Positions 20,823 to 33,400 of a stretch of 64,000 nucleotides of DNA are shown here, in pieces; position 1 is the first letter of the stretch, and each line of letters starts with the position of its first letter. The stretch spans positions 1-64,000 of the forward strand of contig MEDY01000092.1 in the NCBI GenBank assembly GCA_001724265.1, in the 5' to 3' direction. Position numbers and translations under genes: made by a program. The stretch is from Rhizaria sp. SCN 62-66 (lineage: Eukaryota). The notes below the pieces were generated by a model, which was not told the origin of the DNA, made no database searches, and saw only the letters and a program-made list of their open reading frames with translations.

Positions 20823-23800
20823 TTACTTGCTGGGCAGCGCAGCTTCCTTGACGCAAGCGCCGTAAGCGTCGCCAACAACTAGGATAGCAAACCGCTCCAC
20901 CTCCTTCAACTTCTTGGTTGACAGAGACACGTAGTCGAAGCGGCCGCGTAGGTCCGTATAACCGTCCTTGTAGAAGTCAATATCACCGGTCTTAAGCTTG
21001 GCGAAGCATTTGACGTATGCGCCAGACAAGGGACCAAACACGCGGGCCGCGCCCTCGCCCTTGGCGGCGGTGACCTTAACCTGGCCGACGGACTCGACGA
21101 CTTGAATGAACATGGAGTGCGCGTAGTGGGTCGCAGTGCGCGCGCGGGGAAGCGTCGCAGACGTGACCTACACAAGAAGATATGGTAACATCGTGATAAG
21201 TTATGAATGAGCTAAAAAAATAAATATATAGATATATATATAAGCTGATTACAATGAATGTAGTGCGACATTAAAATACAGTTGGCTGACGCTCATTTCT
21301 AAATCAAGACGTTAAAAAACAACGTGTTGTACTCGTACCTGAATGTGAACGTTGGCGGTGGCGAACTTGGCAGGGACGGCCACCATCGTGACGCCCATAA
21401 ACCCGTGCTCAGCGGACGGCACGGCGCCAGTGAGATCAACCTTGAGTGCATGGTTCGGCGCAACAAGAGCGAACTTGTCCATCTCACCAGAGATGAATGG
21501 GCTGGCCGAGAAGAGCGCTTCCAGGTCCATGAGGTGGAAGCTCACAATGCAAGACGCCAGATTGGCGTGCACAAGCTTCAACGACAGCGCGGCGCCCGCA
21601 GCGGCACCGGCTGACTTCTCGACTGTGAACTCGAGCTGAGGCTCGGTCGAGGCGAGCGCGTCCAGCTCCTTGGTGCGGTTGGAAGCGCGTACCTCGGCTG
21701 ACGTGTTGTCCTGTGACAGAACACCAGATGTAAGCACGCACGCCCCAATTCCGGCTGCAGGGCCAGCGAAAGCAGGCACACCGTTGCCGCCGGCACCACC
21801 GTCAGCGGCAGCGGAAATCGTCTCGAGTGCCTCGTTCACGTGCGCCTTGACGTCAGCAAACATCTTGCGCCACATACGAACAGGGTAGGTAGTATACTTG
21901 TCTGCAATAGCAATGGCGCGCGCGGCACCGGCGCGCAGCGCAGCGGCGTCTCCGCAGTTGCCTGGTGCAAGTGAGAACATGTCGAAGTATGCAGTGAGAT
22001 AATCAAGCTGCAATCCCACGCTATTGTCGTCGGCAGCGCTGTCGCTCGCGTTGTTCGCGCTTGCAACAGTGCGGCGGGCATCAAGCATTGCGAAGAGCTT
22101 CTTGGCCTCCGGGATGCGGTCCTGCAGCAGCATGTAGTACACTGCGCTCATGAGGTGGCGCGTGGAAATATTCTCGCGGCACGAGCTTGCGTAGACCAAG
22201 TACTGTAAGAATTTGACATACTGCTCGCGGAATTCCTTGTTCTGGATCTTGTGTCGACGCTGGACGCCGCGCGCGAGGTCGAGATCTAATGCCGTCGTGG
22301 TAACCTCGTGCGCACGCTCATTAATTAACGGCAGATACTCAAGGTGCCGATAGACATTGACTGAGGGCGCAAATGCGTCGCTGGTAAAGCCAGGAACAGC
22401 TAAGTAAGGGCCAGTGTTGCGGTAGTCATAAGAGACCGAGAGACTCGGAGATGCTATCCACTCATTCATAAGCTTGTGCATCGTCGGGCACCGAATTGAG
22501 CCGCCAGCCTAAGTTGAAGAAATATACAAAGCCAAGTAACGTTAGCACCTACTTCGAATAAATATACAACTTGACATAAAATTTCATGGCAAATATTCTC
22601 AGAAATCATTTACTCAAATGCTTGAGTCCATCATAGGTGTTTCTGCTTACCTCGCGAATTGCGTGAACGGCGTAACCCCAGATGTCGCTGCTGTAGTAGT
22701 TAGCAGCACGAAGCGCTTCTGTGAAGCGAATCAAAAATGTGGGGTTGCCGCGACAACGGAACGCTGCCTTGCAAGGCTTCACGGGGTTGCTGAAGCGTTC
22801 ATTGGCTGGATCAGCGAAGTAAGCAATAACTTCATCATCAGAGCCATCCTAACATAAGCAAATAGTTTAGTGCGTCGCATCATAGATACGGACATGCATC
22901 AGGAAATTGTTAGCCATATTTGTGTTAAGTCATAGTTTTCGCTCATTATTTGTGGAAGCATAAGCCTATGAAAGGAAATTTGTTCATATTTTGTTACATA
23001 TTAGACGCTCATCGAAGATAAAGACAGTGGAATCTTAAAATCAATCAATCATTTGCATAATGTTCGTACCTCAGCAATGGAATCCCACAGCTTAGCGTTA
23101 GGGAGGTTAGTCAGCGTAGACACAACAGTGATGATGTTGGGCAAGCCGTAACTGACAACCACAGTTCCCTCCTCCCTAATCTGCGATACGTGCATGGGGT
23201 AGTGCCCGAATGAGCCCGCTGCAGGGAAATAGAAAAAGTACTCGGCCACGTATGTTTGAAACCCATCAAGATGAACTAACTCCGTTTTTGTGCGGAAAGA
23301 GTTCAGTACACACTTGATGTTGACCCTGCGGTTCATCTTGCCAATGCTGATCGGAATCGCGCCGTTAGGAATCTGTAAATGCAACGCGCACTTCTGCGGT
23401 TTCATCGTCGCGTTTGTGACTGCAACGCGGCAACCGTACGCTTGTTGCAATAACATCTCGTTCTTCATCACGCCCTCCTCATAAAGCGACCTTGGATCGA
23501 AGTAAGCTTGAGCGACAAATATGCCGCTGTTTTCGCCCGCGTCAGCAATGCGCGTCTCGCGGACCTCCTTGTGCAGCACAAGCATCGGTGCCGGTGCAAC
23601 AAGTTCTGCCTCGCCATTGGACAACAGCTTGAAGAAGCTCGACGCGTTGCCCGGAGGCGCATCTGCAGGAAGATCAGTGACCGCAAATGCCAAGACTATG
23701 CTTGTAAAAGACTTATCGGCTAGAGATAAAATGTTAGATGATAAGAACGGCTTTAGAGCACCCTTCCCGTCGTTTTTCTCGATGCTAGCAAGATGTGCGG

Positions 23801-25529
23801 CCCAGTCGCCCCAAAAGGAAATTGGGTAAACAAGATTCTCAGACATGATAGCGTTCCTGCTAGATGAAGTAACGTCATAGTACTCGCGCTCCTCATACTC
23901 ACCAGCCATCTCGGGCGCAGGAGGCACCCAATGCGGCTTGTGCGCGGCACCCGCAGCGGCGCTCTCGGCCGCGGACTCAAAGCTCACTGGCGTACGCAAA
24001 CGTGCTGCAGTCTTGGACTTAGCAACATTAGAGCCGTTCGTCGGCGTCGCCATCAGAGACATCTGAGCAAACGGGGGGGAAATGGGATATCAAAATAAAA
24101 TGGAAATAAAAATACAAATTGCAAATTAGTAAATCATGGTAATATGAGCAAATTAAATCGAAATGAAACAGAGAGATTAGCGCGCGATTTATGCTACCGT
24201 GTGCTCATGTGCGTTAGGTTGCGATATATCAATTATAGATATAACACGTTGTTTCTGATTCGTGTCCGACGACGTACTGCAGAAGAAGGGTGCATAATCA
24301 CGGGAGCCGGCGGTAAGGGCTTGGGGGGCGCGCAAGGTGGCGGTGGCCGGGAAGTGTGGGAGCTCATCATCCAGCTGGGCATGTTACAGAAACCTTCGTG
24401 GCGTGATTGGGAGTTAGCGGGAGGCGGCACCTCCTCGTCATCGTCATCGTCGTCACCCAAATAGTAGTCGTCATCATCGCCATGGTTGGCGTCAGCAACT
24501 GCAGCGTTATTGTTCTTCTTGTTCCTGCGCGCGTGATTTCGAGCCTTTGCGTGAAGCTGCTCGGTTGTGCTTTGTCCCAGTGCCAGCGCGCGGGACTGCA
24601 TCGCGAGCGAGAACACGTGATTGACATCGCATGCGGCGTTGGACAAGGCACCGCGAAGCACGCGCGCAATGTTCTGCAGTGCAGCGGGGCCCGTGGCATG
24701 AGCAACAAGCACCGTCTCAAAAGCATTCATGCGATTGGAAGCTAAGAACGAAGAGCAGCGTGTCGGTAGAGAAGCCCGCGCAGCGTCGCCGAGCAGGTAT
24801 AGGTCAACGACGGTCTTACGGAAACGATTACGGATATGTGGTTTAACGACGCAATTGAAGAAATCAGAGTCCTTAAAGTAAATAAAGACATTTAGTTCGT
24901 GCGACATAAACTTGCTGTACTTATCTTCCTTTTCCGCCCTGGACATCGAATTCCAGCGTGGGAGCCAGGAAAACGCCGCGAAGAGAGCTGAGTTGTTCCC
25001 ACCGTCAATCGTCCGGAGCAACTCCCAGAGCTCGCTCAGCGAGGAAAATACCTCAACACGTGCGGACAAGGCATCAGGGATGGGAAGAGTGTCGCCTGCG
25101 GTGGACAGCGCAGTTACCAGACTCTGCTGCGTGTAATGCTTGTGAAGGTTCAATGTGGCTGACATGCGGACGTCAATGCATCCTGCGCTCATACTACCAT
25201 CTCCCGCTGCAGTTGACATAGGCAAGATAGTTGCCATACGCGTGAAAGCTGTCGTGTTGTCAATAGCAATCACAGCAAGCGTAGTGTGGTGTACACCAAG
25301 AGCGGAGCGACAAATGGTCACGCGCCCGTTAGCATCCGGCTTCAGATTCAGCAGACGTGTCGAGCTCTCTTTCAAAAACTCGACTGAGTGGTGGGCATCA
25401 GTGTCTTGATCGTCATAGCTGTACCGTCCAGCGTTAACATGGAAACGCGCAAGCTTTGTGTTTGTGATAATCTCACTCTTATTATCGCTTTCGCCGGAGT
25501 ATTTGCTGTCGTCGTTGTCGTCGTTGTCG

Positions 25530-25560
<31 letters not shown>

Positions 25561-28500
25561 TGTCGCGGGTGTCGCTTGTGTAACCGCTGTCGGTCGCGGT
25601 TGGCGGGACGACTAGAACGGGTTTTTTTGTCATCACCCGTGTCTTGCCGGCCTTGCGCATCATTATCTTTGAAAACGTACTCGTCGACTGTTTAAACCTC
25701 TTTGCAAGAAACATCGTCGGACGCGTGAGCATGTTGCCAACGCGCTTGGCAGCGCGTGTACGGTCCAGCACATACTGTTGCTCTCCAGAGAGTAGACGCT
25801 GCGTGAGGTAGTCGTGCTCTGCTGTTGGCAGTTGCATTGTTCGCGCATTGTCCAGCAGGACAGGCATCAACTCAGCAAACTCATTATCTGATGGCATGAA
25901 ATGTGATGAGAACACATGCACACGCGTGGAGTTGCTGATAGAGCCAATCTGAATGACGATATCGCTTTCAGCAGAAGCAACAGAGTTGCCGTTACTCATG
26001 CTAGCAGGAACAGCAGTCCCTGAGATCAAGCCGACACTCAGAGATGTGCCGTAATCGGGGAGCAGCTGATGCATTGCTTTATCAGCCAGCACATAAGACC
26101 CCATCACGCGCTGATTTGCAGGAAGCACACGCACAACGTGGCGAATAATAGCACTCGTCGTCGGATCAGCACTCGCACTGTCTACGTACATCAACTCATA
26201 CTCACCCTCAGTGAGGTTATTCAGCACGACGTGACCATTGACACTATCTAGCGATGCGCAGCGGATTAATTCGCTCTGCACGTACACACCAGGGCTCGCC
26301 TTGGCCATTTGTAGCAGCGAGAAAGCCGCCGGCGAGAGAGCCGTCTCAACACCCATGTAGGGCACGCGAACAGCGGTGCCCACCTCGGCACGGATCTCTC
26401 TCACAACATTGGTCGCGACCTCTTTGCTGGCGGAATAGTCGATGGAACAGTGAGAGGTCGCGCATGTCACTTGGACCAAGGTCAGATCATTGATATTGGC
26501 AATAAAGACACGACCTTCAGCATCGGTAAGGAGCCTGCATGTCTCTTCTGATTTGGCAGAGCGATGACGTGCCCGCACTATGAGTTGTTGCAACGGAAGT
26601 GGCTCGCCACCCTTGCCAACCAGAACAGCAATAAGCCACACTCCAGTTGGGTTACAGGGGTTAATCTTGTGCGCTGTGTTTGTAGTGTCTCGGCGCAGGA
26701 AAATCTGGCGGGTGCCGAGCTCCGCGCGTTCAATTGCATTAACCGTGATCGTATCGCTATTTAGCAATAGTACTTCCTCAGTCCCGCGTATGGTGACCAC
26801 AGTGACCGTGAGACAAAAAGTTAGGGATGCAAGATCAGCAGGGACTGAGAACTTGTGGATCGCCTCACAGTCGCTGCCCGGGAGCGCAAAGTCTTCGACG
26901 ACCTGCGTGGTGTCGACGCCGGCGGCATCAGTTGCCTTGATCGTAAACCGCACGTCCTGGGTGTTCAATACAACACCCGAGGGTAGCGCGTGGCCGTTGC
27001 GGCGGAATATAGGACGCACAATAACCTCAGCGACGGCCCGCGAGCGCAAGGCCTCGCGGGAAAGCGCAAACCCGCCTTCAAGGGTGTACTTCTCGGGCAT
27101 GTGGGTAAAGCTCCCAAGGCAGGAGAACGAATCACCGATGCTTGCGTCCAAAGAGCCCATGGGTGTCGCAGCGGAGTCCGATGTGATAACAATGGGGCAG
27201 CTGGGTACGCGTGCATCATTGTAAGGCACGATAATAAACCCGCTCCCAGTGTCCGCGACAAACGTGCGAGTACCCAATGTGATGCGTGCGTCCTTGACAT
27301 GCTCACGCGCCTCGTTAAACACCGCGAAAGCGTGGCCCGCCGACGTGGAGTGCTCGAGAAACGTCAGCAGGCCCTTGCGGACAACGGCGCGCGCAGCCTC
27401 ACCATTGCCTTCAAGCTCGATCACAAAAAGGCCGCGCTGGCCGCGCAACGAGTCGATTGTGAAGGTTTTCTCGACGCGCGTTAGCGGCGACGCGGCGGAA
27501 AAGTCGAATGTGATCGTCTCGTGTGGGATGAGGCCATCAAGTTCGATTTGGGCGTCAAAATCCTTGATGTGCGTCGTGTAATACGCGGTCGTGTTAATGC
27601 GGTAGATCTTGAGGGTGACTGTAGGCACGTTCTTAATAATCGCGTGCAGAGTGACTGGAGCGAGAACAGCCTCGGGGGTGCAACCGAGGAGGGCGTTGTG
27701 CGGCGCCCAAACCAGTTCCGCTAAGTCGGTCGAGACTATATTTGTGTCTTCCTATGAAGGTGAGAAAATTATCCACGAAAGGGGGAAAAAGTATGGAGTC
27801 AAATTCGAACAAATTTTGCGACAGTTGAAAGTGTTGCGCCAGTATGATCTCAAGATATTATGGTACGCCTTCGGAACTGACGTACGTTGAGGCGCGTGGC
27901 AACCCAAGATGGGAGAGGTAGAAGAGACTTGTACGTGGCGGGGTCAATCGGGGGGTGATGAACGCGCGCCTTCAGCAAGGCTGCCTCCAGAACGTCATCA
28001 TCAAGAGTCCCGCTATAGTGACCGAGCGATGATGCGGAAAACTGATCGTAAGGTTGGCGACGGTAGTACTCGATCAAGTACGGCTCAGTCACATCCTACA
28101 AATAAAATTACATTTAAAAAAATATAGCAGTATATATTCATGTTGGTAAGCAATGTAACACACGCACCCGCATTTAAACATCGTACTAGTCACTCTTTCT
28201 ATCATGATACGTCGAACGAACGACCACCATGATGAGGTGCAATAAAACATCCAGGTAAAACGTACGTCAAAATCGGGATGAGGAATAGACTCAAAGTTAT
28301 TCGGCTTGACGATGATGTCCTCATTGATTTTTGTTTTCCGGTTGATGAATGGTTTGACCGCGGCATGGTTGAGGGCAATCCATGTGTCAAACCACGCAAA
28401 GTTGTACTTCCCATCGCACTCCAGCAGCAAACGCATACACCAGCTCATGAGCGTTGACGCCACCTCACCACACATCGAGTTTAACGCACGTCGACTCACA

Positions 28501-29756
28501 TCGTGAGCAAACGCGAACACACGAGTCAGCATATCGAGGCGTGCCTCCTGTGTCGTGCACTCATCGGGACGCGGGGCGGAGCCGAACTGAGTGACAAACT
28601 CACAGACGATGAAAGCCTTCTCAGTGCGCACGCGCGGTACAGCCTCAGCAACAGCGCTAAGCTGATCCGCCGTCAGAAGAAAGTCGACAGCGCGGCTGCC
28701 GAAGACTCGCTCAGCGCCTTTCATCTTCTCTGGGTTCACCCATTTGAGCGAACGGATCACAAGCGAAATCATTCCGGGGTGTGCAGCAAAGTTCGTATTG
28801 CTCTATCAAGACGTACAATGCCCAGGTAAACGAAATAAATAGAGCACGGTGTGAGGAAGTGAAGGAACGACCATCGACGGTTAAAATAAAAATAAAAATA
28901 GGATGCCATTCACACTGCCAGCTGGTCATTTGTCAGCTGGTCCTTGATTTTAGGAACGTACGAATAAACTGGTGATGACCTTGTCAACGTTGTGATCAGA
29001 AATGTTGGCGTGGTTGTCAAGCAGATATGGGATCGACGCCTGATCCAGATCGAGATCCTCCTTGGCAGACTGTAAGATGCTTTGCTCAATCATCTCTGAC
29101 CGCTTCCACTGAAAGACTGACGATGATTTGGACTCGGCCATGCGCAGTGCGGATGCGAACGAGTTGTCGTCAGTGAAGCTGGTACACTTAGCAGACTCCT
29201 TGTTGTGGTCCCAGTTGCACAAGTTGGCGAAGACGTCGGAAATGATCTGCACACGACGCTCATCGGATGCTGAGGAGAACTCAAGCAAGGCTGACCGGTA
29301 GATCATTGATATCGAGGATGAATAACCGTGCTCATTACGAGAGCGCATCAAGTTAGTGAAGGCCTCATATGCCGTGTTAGAGAACTTTCCTTGCTCCTGG
29401 CACTCGATCTGCTCGACAAGGGCCTTGTGAAATAGATTCTCAACTGAAATCCAAACAAAATGATTATCGAATAAGAGCAGGATCGAGACCATAACAACCA
29501 AAAAAAAGGGGTGAATCGTATGATGTAAGATGCAATGGTCCCCTTAAAAGCTCGTAAATTGTTGACAAAGACGTGGGATAGCCGTGACAAGTATCCTAGT
29601 TGAAGGTAATTGCTATTGTAAGGAGGGGTCATGAGCTGACATACCTGAGTTAGGCAGAAATGCGGCATCGATGGCAGCGAGACGGTCTTCAGCAAAGACA
29701 ATCGCTTCAAGAGCAAAGACGTCGTCGCAGTAAAATGGATGCAGCGACCCTGACAT
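20823..29756 (-). CDS. Giant conserved protein of unknown function, 2506 aa; exons 29645-29756, 28962-29443, 28266-28802, 27886-28095, 24278-27751, 23070-24062, 22651-22848, 21339-22508, 20823-21167
   Basis: Nine exons join in frame through eight GT-AG introns with no internal stop. Motifs YVKCFAKLKTGDIDFYKDGYTDLRGRFDYVSLS, YRHLEYLPLINERAH, EYFFYFPAAGSFGHYP and SHELNVFIYFKD recall, from memory only, a family of ~2000-aa proteins in some bacteria and protists. Stop TAA. Confidence 0.8.
25506..25565 (-). repeat. Coding GACAACGAC / GAC tandem repeat (Asp-Asn-Asp run)
   Basis: (gtcgtcgtt)n on the plus strand; encodes DNDDDDDNDDNDDNDDNDD. Confidence 0.85.
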
Positions 29757-30494
29757 CTCTGGTGTCGGATAATGAAGCACGGCGGGAAAGCTCGGTGAGG
29801 AGAGAGACATGAATTAGTTTTGCATACAGCATCGACTAAATCAAAGTTCACAAAGATCTCAATTCGCATATACATAATGTGTTTGTGTAATATGACATTA
29901 ACTTTGAATGAACCCATTATCGTACGTGTTCTGATCCAAAACGGTGATTACCAAGTCCAACACAAGCGCATGCCCGACGTCCAAGAAATGCCAAACTTGA
30001 AAACTGGGTGCTTAGCAGTTGATCTAAGTCCGCTCACAGTCACTTTTCCTGGCAGGTGCGAGCACTGTGTGGTGACCGTGAGCAGATGACAGAACATGTG
30101 AAATAACTTGAGGCATAATGCAGCTTATTGTAAGCTTGTCGTGTATCGGACGATTCAGTCGTTCGAGCGTCCATCAATCGATGTGATGTGCAAACATCGT
30201 GTTAGACTCCGTATTGCTGGTCGTCATCATCGTCGTTGTCGTCATTGTTGTCATCGTCATCGTCGCCGGCGCCCGCGGGCCCGCCGCGCGCGCCGTGAAA
30301 TGCTCACTTGTCACTCGTATAACATCTCGAATCATAACGAAGATAGCTTTTGTATCGAATGCGCAAGGAGATACCTTGAATAATAGCTAACTAAAACTAA
30401 CAGACTCAAACCGGTAACAAGTTAACAATTCTTTAAAGGGTTTAAGGCAAAACAACCACGACAACAATGCGCTGCATGCCATGAGATGTTCCGC

Positions 30495-33400
30495 TTACGC
30501 AAGCCCCGGCAGTGTGTCACGGTGCAGGTTGCCAGTGCTGTACTCGGTCTTCTTCGCCGTGCGCCGCACATACGTCGTCACACTCACCCCGCCGCCCGAG
30601 CTGCCCACGCTCGCGTTTGCACTCGCATTAGCGTTGTTATTCGACGAAGAGCCCGCACCGCCGGAGACGGGCTGGACGGTCGTGACTGGCACCAGCGTCG
30701 TGGGCAGCGTCTGCTGCGACAGCTTCGCGTTCGGCAACGAAAACCGCACCCTGGAGATGAGGTTCCTGAACTTGGCCATGTCGCCGTACACGCTGCCGGG
30801 CCCGCCAGGCGCGAGCCTGCGGAAGGCGCCCAGGCGCGCGGGCATCTGGCCGAAAAGCCGCGGCACGCGCCCGCGCAGCAGGCGGTGGAAGTGCGCGTTG
30901 AGGCGCTCGTCGTAGCTTGCATCGGGCGAGAGCCCGGGCGGGACGGGCCATGCGCCCTCGCGCGCGCGCGCCGCGAGCATGTGCGCGAGGTATGCGCGGT
31001 CGAACGGCAGCGGGTCGACCATGGTGAGGATGTCGGCCAGCAGCTGAGGCTTCACGGCGCGGTCGATGCTAGTGTTGAGGTTGAGCGAGGGCGACGCGTT
31101 GGCCTCGATCACCCACGGCTTGAGCTTCGAGTCGAGCATGACGTCGAAGCCGAAGAGCTCGAAGCAGTTGGGCTGCGGTCCGATCTTGTTCTTGACACAC
31201 ATGAGCGTGCGGATCACGACGTTGTCGATAGACCGCATCACGGCGTCCGTGTCGACGCCCAGCGCGGCGAGGTCGGCCAGGCAGTCCGACAACAGCTGCT
31301 TCGAGCCGCCCTCCTGCTCGAAGGCCGCGATCTCGGCCGTGGTCGGCGGCGGCGGCGGCGGCGGCGCAAAGAACTCGCCGTCCCACTCGCCCTCAGCCAC
31401 CGCCGCCGCGGCAGCACTCGCGCCTGCAGCGCTGTTGCTGCTGGTGTTGGAGTTGCTCGCGGTGGCCTGCAGGTGCGCGATACCGGCGTCCTGCCGCTGC
31501 GCCGCCAACTGCAGCAGCAGCGTGCGCGAGCCCACCACAGTCGCGCCGAGCACGTTCGTGGTGAGGTCCGAGACGGTGTGCACGGCTGCCGGCGACTTGG
31601 CCGCCGCGGTCGCCAGTACGCTCGCGCTGAATGCAGACGACATCGGGTCGCCCGCAGCCGCGCCAGCGCCAGCGCCAGCGCCGGCGCCAGCGCTACCACT
31701 CGCGATCTCAGCGGGGGTGGCGCCGGTACTGGCAGCCGCGCGGGGGCGCGCGGCGTTGAGCTGCATGCCGCTGGCGCGCTCGATAAACGCCAAGCCGCGC
31801 TCGACCGACGTCGGGCCGCTCGCACTGGCGTTGGCACTGGCACCGGGGCGCCGGCCGGCGAGCGACTTGGCTCCAGAAGCGGCGGAGCGCTTGGCGGTGG
31901 GGGACGCGACCTCCTCGTCGTCGTCATCGTTCTCGTCATCGTCGGGCTCGGAGTCGCCGCCGCCGCCGCCGTTGCCGCCGCCGCTGTCAGTGCCCTTGTC
32001 GAAACCCTGCCCGATGCTCGAGTTGGTCAGGTGGATGAACGGGTCGTTAAGCGACTCGGGGTCGGTGCGGTACGGGCGCATGGCGTAGCGCGCGAAGCCC
32101 TCGTTGTAGATGAACGCCTCGAGGGGCTCGAAGCTCGTGACGACGACGTAGAGACGGAAGTCGAACTTGCGCTTGTACATTACGCACGGGTCGGCGATGT
32201 ACTCCTAGAGTGAATTGCACAAAAAGCAAAAATTGATAAAGATATACAGTTATATGAGCATGGAGATAGAAAAGTGATCGAAAAGATGTACGAATCATGC
32301 CTTGCGCCTTCGATCAAAAAATCGGTTTGATTCCCATTTCTGAAGACAGCATTGACAAATCTGTGATTCAGTGATATTACATGTTACAACGTACCTGAAC
32401 GACTGCGGGGGCGCCCGAGTGCGGCATGTGGGCGAGCTTGTTGGTGAGATAGATGCCGCGGCCGCGCGACGAGTTGATCGGCTTGATGATCCACACGTTG
32501 CGTGGGGACGGAAACGGCGGCACCGCAGCGGCGACCGCCGTCGCGCTCGTCAAAATGCGCACTGTGTTGCTGCTGTCACCCGGCGCACTCACACTGGCGT
32601 TGGCGCCAGAACTAGAGGAGTTAGGACTCGTTGAGCTCTTGTTCTGGCCCATCGTGCCGTTGCTGTTGCTGTTGTTGTTGTACGTCCACGAGTACTCGCC
32701 GCCGTACAGCGCGTTGGCCTGCGCCATATCGACCCGCAGCGGCAGCGCCAGACCGAGGCTTTCGACGTCCTCCGCGGTAAGCGCGGCGGCGTTCGCAGCA
32801 GAGTTGGAGAACTTGAGCGCGGACGTGGAGTGGACGGCGTTGTTGGTCGCGTTGTGTTTGTCGACCTTGCGCAGCAGCGCGACGAGCTTCGCGAGCAGTG
32901 GGTTACTGGCGAGACTGTCGGCGTCATCGCGCGAGCCGTAGCCCTCGCTGGCGCTCTCGCCAGTACTGCCCTGCGCCCCACTGCTCTTGGCGTCAACACC
33001 GCTCGCGTTGGTAGAGTGTGACTGCGAGCCGAGCTGAGCCGCGAGCCCCAGGCGGACGCCCCACTCCTCGGCGCGCAGGATGACGTCGCGATCGTAGTAA
33101 CGCTCCAGGAACGGCTGCGCGGCGAGCGGGAGCGTGAAGGTGCGCGGGATAAACTCGAACCAGCGCCGCATCACGGGGGATCCCTCGCAGAGCTTGGCGT
33201 AGCGTGAGATGTTGCGCGACAGCATCGCTTTGCGCGTGAGGTTGCACGAGCGGGAGAAGTGGTTCACCTTCTGGAACGCGAGCAGCGGCGCGGTGTCGAG
33301 CGGGGAGTGGCGCCACGTCCAAAGCAGGTTCCAATACGCGTTGCCGGGGGTACCCAGGATGGCGAGTAACGCGGACGGGGGCGTTTGCGACGACACCACA

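Noticed and set aside
30486-32213. Long antisense or alternative-frame ORFs (e.g. 30486-32213 +, 53698-55968 +, 42704-43819 +, 1992-2990 +)
   Set aside because: These are shadows of GC-rich, codon-biased genes on the opposite strand, with no recognisable motifs.
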